Assembly: GCF_018350175.1 (NCBI RefSeq)
Contig: NC_058368.1
Coordinates: 214,150,001 to 214,214,000 of the forward strand
From: Felis catus
Taxonomy: Eukaryota
DNA: 64,000 nt
Direction: 5' to 3'
Under the pieces are notes generated by a model. That model searched no databases. It saw only the letters and a program-made list of their open reading frames with translations, and had not been told where the DNA came from. This document shows, in pieces, positions 1 to 13,697 of this stretch (position 1 is the first letter of the stretch; every line of letters starts with the position of its first letter). Both the position numbers and the translations under genes were made by a program.

Positions 1-766
1 CCTACCAATTATGAAGTGAGTTTGCCAGGATATTAAAACTAAGCCAAAATATAATTTAGTCCTATAAACTACTGTCAAACTCAGCTATAGTTACATTTGA
101 AGGATCAGGAATTATTTGATTAGCAATTGATTAATGGGCTTTAATGTGACTGATTATTTTTTCCAAAACACAGAATTTCTTTGTAAAATGAGTATTTTTT
201 CCTATGAAGAAAATATTATATGTATCTAATATATATGTATAGATATATATTTAAACATTGTAAAGACATCTTTGAGAGTCAAATGTTTCTGACGTCCTAA
301 CCTTAGAAGATGTTGCAACTCTGTCACTGATACTTCAGATGACTGTAAATAAAAATCAGGTATCCGTGGTTATAAATACTCTGTTTCACATTTTCTTTAG
401 CAACAGCAAAAAATTTCAATTAATTGAATCTCAGCCAACTACAAATAATGCCAGAAGTGCAATACTTGGTGTACCAGGTCATGGGCAACCATTAATTAAG
501 ATGCAAAGGATCAGCACTAAAGGCCCCCAATACCGGATTTTTGTCCCAGAATTTTTTTTTGATGGGTATGGACTGAAATATCTATAAAATGCACTTTCAG
601 CTATATGGGAAAAGAGAGAATTGGGTACAATCTTTATTTTGCTTGCTCTGGAATTTTTGATAAAGTTCTGAAGTGTCATTTTTGAAAATGAAGATGAAAA
701 TAATCTTACTTAAGGATTTTTATTTATAGACTAGAAAAGCCCTTTAAATTCCATGTTATATTTATT

Positions 767-996
767 TGTTTAAATCTTTATTTTGAGAGAGAGAGAGAGA
801 GAGAGCAAGAGCACACTCTGCATGTAAGCACCAGCAGGAGGAGGGGCAGAGAGCGAGGAGAGAGAGAATCCCAAGCAGTCTCCGTGCTGTCAGCACAGAG
901 CCCTATACGGGGCTCAGTCTCACCAACCATGAGATCATGACCCGAGCCAAAATCAAGAGTCAGGCACTTAACTGACTGAGCCACCTAGGCGTCCCC
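767..996 (-). mobile_element. Can-SINE (SINEC_Fc type)
   Basis: tRNA-derived head, (CT)n tract and A-tail on the minus strand. TSD atgttat(a/c)tttatt. Confidence 0.95.
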
Positions 997-1260
997 ATGT
1001 TATCTTTATTTTAAAGGAACACCGATTCAATCATTTCCCATTGGAGAGATGGAGGGGAAGATGAAGATCTTTTTAAAAATGGTTAAAGCCACCAAATGTG
1101 AAATTTGTAACCTATGATATACTGATTTAGAAATTTTTCCCCCAAATAACCCCCAAAAGGCCAATAGAAATTATTTTCAAGAGACAATCCACAATCTTTC
1201 ATAGTATCTAAATTTTGAAGGGCCGTATAATTGTGTGCATGCCCATGTGTGCGTGCCTGT

Positions 1261-1261
<1 letters not shown>

Positions 1262-1307
<46 letters not shown>
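1262..1307. repeat. (TG)n microsatellite
   Basis: Perfect GT run. Confidence 0.95.
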
Positions 1308-1308
<1 letters not shown>

Positions 1309-2584
1309 GCTTTCCAGAATGTAGATATTTCTTCATGTTGCTTTATGGTAGTTGAGTTCAAACAAGAAGAATTCTCAGAAAAAGATCAGTACAACTTGTT
1401 AGCCTCCAATTTATCATCCACCTATCCAAGATTTAATGGTTGTGTTAACCCGGAGTCTCAAGAATAATTATAGTCTAAACCAAGTCCTTAAAGTAAGGAG
1501 ATGAAAAGAACTGTATAAAGCGAAGGCTGTCATGAAATAGAAATTGCACAAGCAAGGGAACTTTCATCGTGTTGAGTAAGTACTTACTATGGGATTCTTT
1601 TTTAAATTAAGGTGCCAGGTAAGTTGGATGAAAATAAAATATGTATGATTAGCAGGGAATACCTTGGCCCAGAGTAGTTGGATAGGAGTGGAAAAAGGAC
1701 AGAAAGGTGGCTTTTTCCCCCCAAGTCATTACCAGCTTAGTTCACAGAAAAGTTATTTCAAATACTTTCTTTGAAAGACTGCTTTGAGGTCTGCTTTTAA
1801 TTTGAACAGTTAAATATCATATTCATGCCAATGAATCTTTTTCCTCGTTTTAATATCATTAAGAAGAAAGCCTCCCAGGCCAGAGTGAATAGTGTAATTG
1901 CTTAAAAGAAGAAATATATAACATGCATATTTAATTCAAACCTTTAAAACAATTTCCTTATGTTGACTTGGCACCTTTGTTTATGTAAGACAGCCTTTTA
2001 GTTTTTTAAAAAACTAAACTACATCGTACCATATGGAAAAATCTCTAGAATAAGATTTTAGCAAAATACTCTTTCACAGCTCTTTCTCCGATTGTATCTG
2101 TCTTCCCTGGTTATATCTGTTTAGGCTGCAGGTCAGTTTTATAGGATCTTTAAATTTTCTAATACAATTAGAGTAAGCTACGCTGTATAAATCTGAAAAC
2201 CTCCTAAGAACAAGATAGGAGGTGTCATGAAACTTAGGTCATAAATTCTACAAACAAGTGCTTTGAAATTTTCCATGTCTTGAAATGCTCCCACCAACTG
2301 AAGAATATTTGTTTTTGTGAAAACTTTCTAAAAAATAGAATGAATCGCCACTTTTCATAGCTCAACAGATTGCTGTCTGCATGCACGACATTTCCTACTG
2401 CTTATAACTAAAGAGAAATGACTTTGGCACTTTATCTGTTTGATGAAAGACTGTTATTGCTATTGCCCTGTGAGACACCAAGCCACCTGCCACAGCATCC
2501 CTGGCTGTCTGAGGCAATCCTCTCCAGTTGGTGTGGGAATAGCAAACCAATATGTCACCGGATAGAAGTAGCCACAGCATTCCA

Positions 2585-2790
2585 GCTAAGAGATGGGGCT
2601 TTGGAATCAGCCAGGTATAAGTTGAAATTTTTATTTACTTATATGACTTTGGACCTGTTAGGTAGCCTTTTAACGTTTTAGCCTTTTCACTTTTAAACTG
2701 AGGATGATCATATTTAGGTCCTGGGGTATTAATGTGGAGATTGAATGACAGGGTGTACAGAGGGAGTAGATACATGATAGCTATTACTAG
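2585..2790 (+). mobile_element. MIR
   Basis: gggctttggaatcag...tgactttgga...ggagattgaatga, core similarity. Confidence 0.55.
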
Positions 2791-3844
2791 GTCATATTTT
2801 GGTGAAGGTCTGAGGCAGTGAAAGCTTTGGAGATGTTTTTCTTTTCCATTATAACTTTCAGATATGGTGGCTCACTGCCCCTCGAACTTTTCTGCGGAAA
2901 TGTACTGAATAAAGATCCCTCAGAGGTATGAGAGCAGGACCCAATGGATGAAATTTATTAAAGCCTTAAATTTTAAACATTTCAGCATATTTTGTATTCT
3001 ACTCAATAATAGATCTAAATTGTTTTATTACTCATTTTTGCCCCTCAAATCTTGTAAATCTGATGCTCTGGTGTTACCTTCACACTGTGGCTTTGCCTGG
3101 CCTCTGGTACCTGTGGGGCATAAGAATGGCCAGCTTGGGGTCCACTGCAGAAAAACCAGACAATTCAGATTTCCATTAACTCTGCTTCCTACTGCCCTTG
3201 TGCTGATGGTAGGCAGAGCTTTCTTTCTTTGACCACTCCATCTCATTCCAAAATGAAACATAGTCAGGGTAGGTGTTCTCTTATGGATTATCCTTGCCAT
3301 TTTAATTAAAAATGTTGGCTGATTTGGCTGAGAAATAGGGTGCAATGGGGAAGGGGAAGGGGATTGAGAGAAAAAATATTTATTTCTTAGTGAAAAAAAT
3401 TAAGTAAAATATATTAAATGGTAAAACATATGCCACTTTATGTTGGCCCTTCCCCATCCCTATGTTGGTGTCCTTTAAGAAAATGTTAAGATAGCTTTAG
3501 AATCAGGAGGGTTGCTTAAAGATTACGGTATATGCTCAGTAGGGGTTGAATTTCATTCTATAAATCTTGGGAAAACTTGCGGGTAATTTTGCAGATTCAG
3601 TGGGGAGGAAGATAATAACATGCTTTGGGTGACTTGCTATGTAGACAACTGGGTCTCAGCTGAGGCTAAATAACATTTCTTGTAAGTAAAAATTCAAGAT
3701 AATAATAAATCAATACAATAAATAAACAAATAAATAACAATAATGTTGCATAAATAAATAATTTCATGATATAAATAATAAAATAGTTGTTTGTATTAGT
3801 TCTCAGCCTTCTGTCACTCTGATAGGTTAAACAACTATCTAAGT

Positions 3845-4204
3845 CTTTTTTCTCTTTTCAAGTCTTTATTTAAATTCCAGTTAGTTATCATACAGTGTAA
3901 TATTAGTTTCAGGTGTAGAATTTAGTGATTCATCACTTACATACAACACCCAGTACTCATCACAAGTGCCCTCCTTAATGCCCATAACCCGTTTGGCCCA
4001 CATGTGAGTGAGTCTGTTTCTTGGTTTGCCTTTCCTTTTCCCCCCATGTTCATCTGTTTTGTTTCTTAAATTCCACATGTGAGTGAAATCATATGGTATT
4101 TGTCTTTACTCTGACCACTTAGCGTTATATTCTCTAGCTCCATCCATGTTGTTGCAAATGGCAAGATTTCATTCTTTTTTTATGGCTGAGTAATATTCCT
4201 GTGT

Positions 4205-4243
<39 letters not shown>

Positions 4244-4820
4244 CACATCTTCTTTATCCATTCATCTGTCAATGGACATTTGGGCTCATTCCGTAAATTG
4301 GCTGTTGTCAACAAAACTAAAAGGCCACCTATAGAGTGGGAGAGGATATTTGCACATGACATATCTGACAAAGGGTTAGTATCCAAAATATATAAAGAAC
4401 TTATAAAACTGAACATCCAAAGAACAAATAATCCAGTTAAAAAATGGGCAGAAAACATGAAAAGACATTTTTACAAAGAAGACATACAGATGGCCAACAG
4501 ATATATTAAAAGATGCTCAACGTCACTGGGCATCAGGGAAGTACAAGTCAAAAGTACAATGAGATATCACCTCATACCTGTCAAAATGTCTAAAATTGAC
4601 AACACAAGAAAAAACAGGTGTTGGTGAGGATATGGAGAAAGGGGAACCCTCTTGCACTGTTGATGGGAATGCAAACTGGTGCAGCCACTCTGGAAAATAG
4701 TATGGAGGTTCCTCAAAGGTTAAAAATAGAACTACCCTACTATCCAGCAATTGCACTACTAGGTATTTACCCAAAGGATACAAAAATATTAATTCAAAGG
4801 GATATATATGCCCCAATGTT
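3845..4820 (-). mobile_element. 5'-truncated, 5'-inverted carnivore L1 (twin priming)
   Basis: 3845 to about 4308 is the L1 3' end on the minus strand. About 4309-4820 is the ORF2 C-terminal region on the plus strand ([30 protein letters not shown]...). Degenerate TSD AAACAAyTATCyAAsT at 3829-3844 and 4823-4838. Confidence 0.9.
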
Positions 4821-6639
4821 GAAAACAATTATCCAACTTAAAAATAAAACCCCATAGAGTCTGTCCTCTGTTCACCATCAGCCTTTTCAACCCTTTGTGC
4901 TGGGAAACACAGGTTGAAGAAATTATAGAGATAATTGTGGTACTTGTTAACATTTCATCCTGGTCAAAGGCCCATAAGGTAGATAGAGGGAAGAAGAGAG
5001 AGAGGGAAAAAGAGGAAGATTAAGAGCAAACTCTGCGATGGTCCCCTAATAATTGGGGAAAGGATGGAAATCAAATCTAAACTTATCTCTCACTGTTTGT
5101 TTACATTTTATGCAATGAAAGTAATATATACTTGTTGGGGCCCATGACATATTTGGCATTTATTACTTCATAGATGGGCTATTTATTGTCTCAATTCTGT
5201 GTCATACACGTGTGATGATCAAAACAAACTTGTCTTACTGTAAATCTTCCCTTCTCAACTGGGGCTTGCTTCCTGCTAGAAGTATGTGGTGGAGAAAGGG
5301 ACAGGGTTTTGCTGTTCCCAGTCTCCCAGTCCTGAGGCCCCAATTCATTAGCTTCAGTGCCTGCCTCCTGTCAACATTGAAGTTGTTAGCAGGGAGGAAG
5401 GGTAAGGTAATGGGACAGTACTTTATGCTTTCTAGGCCTGTCAAATTGTTCAAGCTGATGTTTCCGTGTGGCTCAAGTATATTATTAAAATGGACTTTCC
5501 TATCTTGGGGCACTTTGATGGGCTTTTAAGAGGTTTCTTACTTCTGGCCCCTCTTCTACAGCCCCCTTGCTCCAGCTTATATGGTCTACTCAGGATGGCC
5601 TAAGAGGACTATTCACGGCATCTGGACACTTATATTCTTCATGCTGAGGTCACCTTGCTCCCCCAGGAGGCTCTATTGTATAGAGCCTGATGACCACCCC
5701 TCCTCCACTGGTTCTTTTCCCTTTGGCCCACGTGTGTTCCCAGGAAACACTCACATACATATATCCCTACACACTCCTTGGAATGCCCCAGGTCTCTTGC
5801 CCAAATAGTGAGGTAGTCCCTCTCTCAGACCCCAGTTGACAGCCTGCTCTCCCTGTGTCCAGCGTGAGCCAGGAACTGGCCCCCTTTGTGTCGCCCAGCT
5901 GCAGGGGCACCTCTCACAACAATCTGGGTGGTCCCGTGGATGTCTCTCTTAATACTGAAGTCTCTCTTGATTAGGTTTAGGATGGGAAGGTGGCAGACCC
6001 TCCTACAAAGGAGGGTGGCGATTCGGTTATGACAGAACCTGCCAGTAATCTCCCCTTGAAATCCTCACTCTGATCCCCTTTTATTTTCTCCACCTGGTGA
6101 GACTGGCCTTCGTGCCATTTATGAATTCAGCACCTGATGGGAGTTGAACCCACATCCTTGTTGCCCACGTTATCTTGGTAACTGAGTTTTAACTGGGTTA
6201 AGGAGAGTCTTCTTCCTTACTATACACAAATCTGGCTTAATTCAATTAGATAAAATAAGCAAACTCCCTATGATAACTAAATTTAAAAATATAGAAACAT
6301 GTCATCAAAATTAAGCCACTGCAACACATTTAACTTCTCTGGCAGGTAATTGGGCACTTAGAGTTTGATTTGACCATAAAAACAAGTCTGCACAAAATCA
6401 GTCTGAAACTGTCATAAAAAGAAATGAACTTTAAGACTGTATCAAATTCACATCGTGAGCTTTTTCCTCGAAAAGCGATATTTATAGGCTTGGTGCCAAC
6501 CCTGTAAATGCAATCTGAAGCAAACATTTCCTTTGCACATTTTCATGGGATGCCTTTGATTATGTTGAACAGAGAGTGGATAAGATACTGGTTTGTTTTA
6601 AAGTTGTATAGCAGAGTTCCAGGTTTGAGCATGAGCTGT

Positions 6640-9360
6640 AGTTACCTCTGGGATTGCAACTGGTCTAGATGTGCCTGGCAGACTCTTGGGGTCAGTCTGC
6701 CCAGAGTCTGTGAGCATGAGGCACCATGATGCCTCCCGGGAGAGAAATTGTCCTCAGGGAGGGAAGTGTCAAGTAGACAAGCTGGAACCTGTAATGAAGC
6801 CTCAGCCATCACATGGGAAGGACAATTCTGAGCACAGCATGATGCTGCCATTTGGATTTGTCCCCTTAGGGACTCAGGTCTGGATCTTACGGAGGAGGGG
6901 GCTGCAAAGAAACTGAAAGAGCTATTTTCACTAAAATCTTCTGAGACACTGAAGATTCAGATGACCTGAATATTCCCAAACCCCAGTTGATCCCTGTGCC
7001 TTCCTGACTAGAAAAAGCAGCACCTCCTCTGTCTGTTAGACTGATATAATCTTGCTTAAAGACAGCCTAGTAACCCCAAATCTGGATAGTTACCCTGCAA
7101 GGGGATGACAGCTCTCCTCATGTCCCCACCTTACCAGGCATCACTGCCTCTAGACCTGTATCCAGCAGTGGACCTCATTGGGCCTCCATGGGGCCAATTA
7201 CAAAACCAGATCCAAGAGAAGAAGTCTCTCACAGAAAAGAACTGTAAGATTTTGAGGAATATGTGCTTGGATGGATTCTAAGGGTGTTATAGCAGGTAAG
7301 GAGGAACACAAGTTTAGATTGAGCATGTGTGCACTTACCAGGTATTCTTGGTTCTGTGTGTTTGGTTGGTTAACTCAAAAGTGGCTTCAGCCATTGCCAG
7401 TGTTGAAAGAAGTTCAGAGGCCAGAGATTCATTGGTATAATATAATAGAAGGAACTGAAAGATTTAGGGAGATAGGACGTTGAAGTGGATATATTTTGTT
7501 ACTATTCACCCACCTTAACTAGACAGCCTTCAAGCTACCTCTACGTGTCCCAGAGAATACTCCTTTCCTTCATATACTGAGAAAATATACCAGCATTCTT
7601 GCAAGGGGCCATGGGGTTGTTCTCTGTAGGCTGGTGATGAATGTGGTGATGCCACTATTGAAAAGGACTTCTTAGTTGCCATGGTGATTGTATGCTGCCA
7701 GGATGGTAGAGGCAATGTGCAGTATATGACTTCAAGAGACAAGGTGGGCATGGCATCATAATACACACTTCAGCCAGAGTGGTGACCTGTGGAAATCTTT
7801 GGTGGCAGCTACTGGATCGTAGAGATCTTAGGACTAAAATAGTCTGCTAAGGTCTTCCTTGATCTGTAGAGCCGATAGACTCCAGATTTGGCAAGCAGAC
7901 TCACCCCATATAGAGACCAAGCCTTTAACAAAATTCTAAGACTTGAGGCAATTCCTAGACCTAGTAACTGTGAATGAAGAAGAGGCTTGAAATCTTTGAG
8001 ATCAGACTTTTTATAGAACCCAGCCTTCCCTAAGGGTCTTGTAACTATTTACCAGAGTTACTGTGTACAAGGAAAGAGAGAGATCCCAAAGTCTTCACAC
8101 TGTTAGCGGTGGCCTCTCTCTGAAATTCCACTGGGATGGTATTGCTTTTGGCTTACTCTATTAGACAGAGGGATCTCCTTTGACTTCCACTTGACTCCTT
8201 CTATTACAATGCTCCCATTCCAGGAATCAGGGAGCTAATGTAGAGATTTAGTTCTTGAGTTTATCTGTTCCAACTACTGTTCCAACTATATACTCAGTAA
8301 CTGAATTGTAGTGGGCATGTGGACACTGGCTTTGAGATGAAGTTAATCCTGGGGCCCAGATGCCACTGTGGTATACTGGTCACAATGGGGGTTTAATGGA
8401 AGTCAAGAGGAAAGTGGAATGTATTTTATACTTGATTATGGTGAACAGAGAGTGGATAAAATATTGGTTTGTTTTAAAGTGATATAGCAGAGCTCCAGGT
8501 TTGAGCACGAGCATGGTATAAAATCCAAAACAGTTCTTACCACTCTGTAAGGAGGACTTGGAAACAACTTGGCTGCAGGTCAATTCTATCAGATCTCTTC
8601 CCTCCTGGAGTAGGCACTTACACTGGGTATAGATTTGCTTCCCCTGCATGCCATGATTCTGCTGCTACTGCCATCCATGGACTTAACATTGCCACATTTG
8701 CTGTCATCATAATAAGCCACCCAATATTGCTCTGAATAAGAAACTTCTTTTATAGGAAAAAAAAGTCAAGCAATGGGTGAATGCCCATGGGATTTTCTGA
8801 TGTTACCATTTACCCAATTATCCTGAATCAGCTGGCCTTAAAGAAGAGTGAGTTGGCCAACTGAAAACTCAGTTACAGATGCAATTGGGAGACATCATTG
8901 TGAGACCGCATCACTGTCCTCCATTATGCTCTAATCTAGTGAATAGCATATGGTGCCGTTTCTCCATAAATAGAATTCCTGGAGTAGAATGGCAGCTCTC
9001 ATTATTACATCTAAATTTCACTTATAAATATTTTATTTCTCAATCTCACAGACTTGGGCTTTGCTGGTTTAAAGATCTCGTGATGCAAAAAAGAAAATCG
9101 CCTCCACTAAGGGACATAACAATAGGTCCATTTAATTGAATGTTGGGACTGCCACCTGGTTATTGGGCTTTGCATGCCACTGGGCCAACAGGGAAATAAG
9201 ATGTCACTGTGTTGTGGGATTCTGTCTGATTATTTGGGCGGGGGGGGGGGGGAGTTGGTACTCTATAATAGGGGGTAAGAGGATCCCAGGTATTTTCTTA
9301 AGTGACAGTCTTGCCATGGAAGGTGGTAAAAGGAGAGTGGAACAGCCCTATAGCAGAGAC
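6640..9360 (+). mobile_element. Degenerate ERVL/MaLR (MLT1-int-like) internal region
   Basis: Decayed ERVL-like motifs: gag-like (gcctctagacctgta, about 7145), integrase-like (about 8560-8890; resembles WQVDYIGPLPSW and QWAHAHGIHWSYHVPHHPEAAGLIE) and dUTPase-like (about 9100-9170; resembles PGDTTMIPLNWKLRLPPGHFGL). All are broken by stops and frameshifts. Confidence 0.75.
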
Positions 9361-9760
9361 TGTGATATCACCAAAACACACTTCCTTTTCCCTCCTAGGT
9401 ACAGGGCTATATTGTAGTTTCCAGCCTGCCTTGCATCTAGTAGTGAGCATGTGACTGGGATATTTCAGAGGATTGTGAAGAAAGCATTATATACTACTTG
9501 CAGCCCTAGCCTGTGAAAACCTCTTGTGCAATCTTCTGTGTCCTCTTTCCTTTGAGGCTGAATGTTGAGAATTCCAGGGCTTTATAGCAGGGCAGAGCTA
9601 TAAGATAGAAGGAGCCAGGCTATCAGAAGACATCATCGTCAGTCCAAGGACACTCTCTTTGGGCTTTATTTCAAAAAGGAATAAATGTCTTTTGGGTAAA
9701 ACCACTGACAATTTCAGATTTACCTGTTACAGCAGCTGGCATTACCTCAACTAATTATAA
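9361..9760 (+). mobile_element. MLT1 (J/I-like) LTR, 3' LTR of the preceding internal relic
   Basis: Starts TGTG. Contains ttccagcctgccttgca...catgtgact, ggagccagg, aataaa...aaaccactga...tgttacagcagc. Confidence 0.75.
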
Positions 9761-11832
9761 ACCCCTTTAAAGCATGATTGTCCCACGAGTCAATGGCACA
9801 CTTAAAAAGAAAGTCTGACCACAGGACTTTATGCCTCTATTCTATTCAATAAGAATGCTCTCTGGATGAGGAGATCCAAACAGCAAGAGACCACAAAGAA
9901 ATCTAAACACAAAGGTTGGAAAAGTTTGAGCCAGAGAGGATCTCTCACCCTAGGAAACTGCAGTTGGGGGACCCTTGTTGGATGCCTGAAACACTCACAC
10001 TTGTTTCTTTCTCATGGGAGAGCTTTATCTCAAATGTCTGCCACACAGCCAGTGTTGATGGTCAAGGGACACCGTGGCCAGTAAGATAAGAGACACTTGC
10101 TTTGTCCATCTCTTTCATCTCTGCACTTGATGATGAGGATTGAGAACCAGAAGACTGGTGGTAATGAGGAGGAGGGAAATAGGTTGTCTCCCCTCCATGT
10201 TCTGGGCACTGCAGCCTAAATGTGATGAAGGCAGCGAGAGAGGTTGAGCTCAGACCTGACATTGGAACATTCAACTGGACGGAACTAGCCTGGCCTATGA
10301 AACAGCAAGGCAACCAGAAAGTTATGGAATTTGCCCAAGATAAATAGGGTGGGGAAAAGAGATTCAACAGAGCATGTGAGAATGTAGCAACTGGAGGAAT
10401 GGAAAACCATTTCATACTGTTCGACTCTGTTAAACAGAGGTTAGAGTGACACTATCGTCGCAGGCTCTCTATGTTTCCCTCTATGTTCTCCAGATGGAGA
10501 ATGATGAGAACGAATCCTAGCATTATGACTTATAATTGTGGGAGAAACAGTTTCATATTAGTAAACAAAAATTGCTGTGTTTTCTTCTTGGCAATTGGTG
10601 GGCTGTCTGAGAAGATGGAGGTTTTCATGAGGGAGGAATTCTTGCTGGAGTTTCGTGGGATATAAGGTGGAGGTCTCATTTATTTAGCATTGTATTTTCT
10701 GCTCTAAAAGTGACCTAAATGATCTGGCTGTGCCCTACCGCACTTTGTCTCTAAGTGAAGGTCAAGATGCCTCAGGCACTGATGTTGGTGAAAATATTCC
10801 CTCACTTGCCCTCCATGAGCCAATGTTTGTGGTCTGGCACACTGTGTTTGCTTCTCCCTCTTTCCCCAGCTGGAAGGAAGAATACACAAAGCTAGCATTT
10901 CCTACAGGAAATTTCCTCCAAGTGTGTTCCACAGGAATCTAGTTCCATGGGATGTTTAGTGATGCTACAGAGGAAAAAAAAATTCTCTATGATCAAATCA
11001 CTTGGGTAAATCTGGATTAAACAAAGAAGAGTTTTTTTTCTTTCTTTCTTTTTAACAGAACTTTTCTTAAACTCTATGATGCTAAAGTACGTGCTGGAGC
11101 TCAGGACAGAAATACCAAGAGCACAATTTCCCAGACTTCTACATCTGCCCCCCCCCCCTTTTTTTTCTACCCCAGAGGACTGAGTGTTCATCAGCCCATA
11201 CTTTGAGACCTGCTGCTCCAATTCAGTTCCCCTTTTGCAGAAAAAAATCACAAGTAATGAATTGATGTGAATAAAAAGAGAAAGTGAAATTCTATTCATT
11301 TATCTAAAAGACCATTTGAAGAATTGTCTGTGTGAAAATCATGCGCTTTTTTTTCCCCTGGACTAGAGAGAGGGCAGACCGTCCCTTGATAAAGTGAATT
11401 TCCAGTGAAACAGGAATGCATGTTTCATCCCAACGCCAAAGAACTATAGATTCCTCTGTGACTCTTCTAATATGTATCTTTTATGCAAGTGAGTTTTAAA
11501 ATGAATACTATGCATTTGCCCTGTCAGATTTTTCACTTTTCATCACAGGCGCCACCTTTAAACTGCCCATGTGGATAAGAGAAGCAGCACCTGCAAGTCC
11601 CACATTTTGTTACAATCAGAGCAGACCCTAAGTTCACCTTGCTTCCAAAGGCGAGTTTATTGACCATTTACTTATAAATATTTGTTTCCATATACTTCTA
11701 GGAAATGCTTTTTTATACCACTGCACATCTTTATATCAATGATTTCTGATGAGCTAAATTTTATACAAAAATTCTGAATATAAATGGAGAAATAATCTTC
11801 TTCCGAAATAGAGATTAGAAATATGGATTTGG

Positions 11833-12040
11833 GGGGCACCTGGGTGTCTCAGTTGGTTAAGCATCTGACTTCAGCTCAGGTCATGATCTTGCAGTTAGTG
11901 AGTTCGAGTCCTGTGTCAGGCTCTGTGCTGACAGCTCAGAGCCTGGAGCCTGCTTTGGATTCTGTGTCTCCTTCTCTCTGTGCCCCTCCCTCACTCACTC
12001 TCTGACTCTCAAAAATGAATTTAGAAAAAATTAAAAAAAA
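11833..12040 (+). mobile_element. Can-SINE (SINEC_Fc type)
   Basis: GGGGCACCTGGGTG...ACAGCTCAGAGCCTGGAGCCTG...A-tail. TSD agaaatatggatttgg. Confidence 0.95.
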
Positions 12041-12099
12041 GAAATATGGATTTGGTAGTCACCTAAAGTATGGGAGCAATAAGTAAGTCAATTCTCATT

Positions 12100-12285
12100 A
12101 TTCAAAGAAATAAATCTAAACTTGCAGTCAAGAAATCTAGTTTCTATTTCTTCTGTGTTTCTAATAAGTTCTGTGGCCATTGGCAAGTTTCTTCATTTTT
12201 CTAGGCCTCAGTTTCTTCAACTGTAAAACAGAGGGCTGGAGATGATATCCTCTAGGGATCTTTGAAGCTATAAAATTCTGATTCT
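12100..12285 (+). mobile_element. MIR/MIR3
   Basis: ggcaagtt...ggcctcagtttcttcaactgtaaaa. Confidence 0.65.
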
Positions 12286-12569
12286 ATTTGTTTTCCCCAA
12301 ATTTCCACATTTAGCAGATTTCATTAGGTATCTGTCATTGTGATGCCCCAAAGAGGAACAGTTATGGTTTCTAGAACCACACATCTATGGAATGTTGAAA
12401 TAGATGACCTAACTGGAAATATCATACCCCATTATTTTATAAAGGATAGAACCAGCATGGATCTTCTAACCATCAGTCAAAATTGCATTTGGGCATTTGG
12501 CTACTTAAGTGTGTCAATTTTTTTCCTAAGTGTAGATAGAGAAATAAATTTATGACTCGGAATTCAAAT

Positions 12570-12627
12570 CTTTTTTTTTTTTTTTTTGAGAGAGAGAGCA
12601 TGAGCAGGGAGGGGCAGAGAGAGAGGC

Positions 12628-12682
<55 letters not shown>

Positions 12683-12805
12683 CCCAAGCAGGCTGCACAC
12701 TCAGCATTGAACCCAATGTAGGGCTTGATCCCACAACCCTGGGAGCATGACCTGAACCCAAATCAAGGGTCAGATGCTCAACCGACTGAGCCACCCAGGC
12801 GCCCC
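12570..12805 (-). mobile_element. Can-SINE
   Basis: Poly-T, (GA)n and ...GAGCCACCCAGGCGCCCC. Confidence 0.95.
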
Positions 12806-12871
12806 AGACTAACTTTTAACTTTTTAGGGAAAAACTGATATAGTCATAGTACAGAGAACAGGCAAAGATTT

Positions 12872-13197
12872 CTAGAGCTGTGATGACCCATATAGTAGTC
12901 ACTTGTTACTTGTTTCCATCGAGCACCTGAGATGTCGCTAGTCTGAATTGAGATGTGGATAAAATACATGCCAGATTTTGAAGACTTGGCAGGGAAAAGA
13001 AAAAGGTAAAATACATCGCTAGTAATTTAAAAAATATTGATTGAATTCTGAAATGATAATACTTTGGATCTATTGGGTTAAATAAAATATATTATTAAAA
13101 TTAATCTTACTGTTTCTTTTTACTTTTTAAAATATGGCTATTAGAAAATGTAAAATTACATACGTGGCTTTTATTATATTTCTAGTGGACAGTGCTG
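12872..13197 (-). mobile_element. MER33 (hAT-Charlie MITE)
   Basis: gctagtctgaattgagatgt...attgggttaaataaaatatattattaaaattaat...ggacagtgctg. Confidence 0.85.
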
Positions 13198-13697
13198 TTC
13201 TAAGGGATTCTATCATGCTGATGAAAGTAAAGACACTTTACATACCAACGCTGAATTCTACTTTATCCCTATAGAAACATGAACCAATATAAGTAGCTCC
13301 AAACTTTGAAGTAGGCTCTGTTTCAAATTCTTATGTCACTTTTCTCTCAATTAGAATGATTTTTTTTTTACATTGAAACAGTATTATGAAAGATTGGATA
13401 GTTTCCTAGCTCCTTGTATAGTTTATTTTACCTTTAGTGCAGCTAAGATCTTACATATTAGCAATCAAAATATTAGGATGGTAATTAAATAAATGAATAA
13501 AACAAGAAATCTTTTTGTTTGCTTTGGTTATTTATGCTTGAGTCAGTTCTGTTCAACCAAAAGAGAAATATAAGATGATAGAAAACTTCAGTGAGGTCCT
13601 TCAGAGGACTGTGAGGCACTTTCAAAGATTTAAATCTTATGTCTGTCATTACTTCAGAAGTCACTGTTTCACTGTCTTTAAGACATATGTAATTCTT

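Noticed and set aside
778..984. MAQSV... ORFs here and at 12564, 29068, 44057 and 59986
   Set aside because: Translations of Can-SINE consensus sequence.
4208..4857. ORFs with L1 ORF2 C-terminal similarity
   Set aside because: Frameshifted, truncated L1 fragment rather than a gene.
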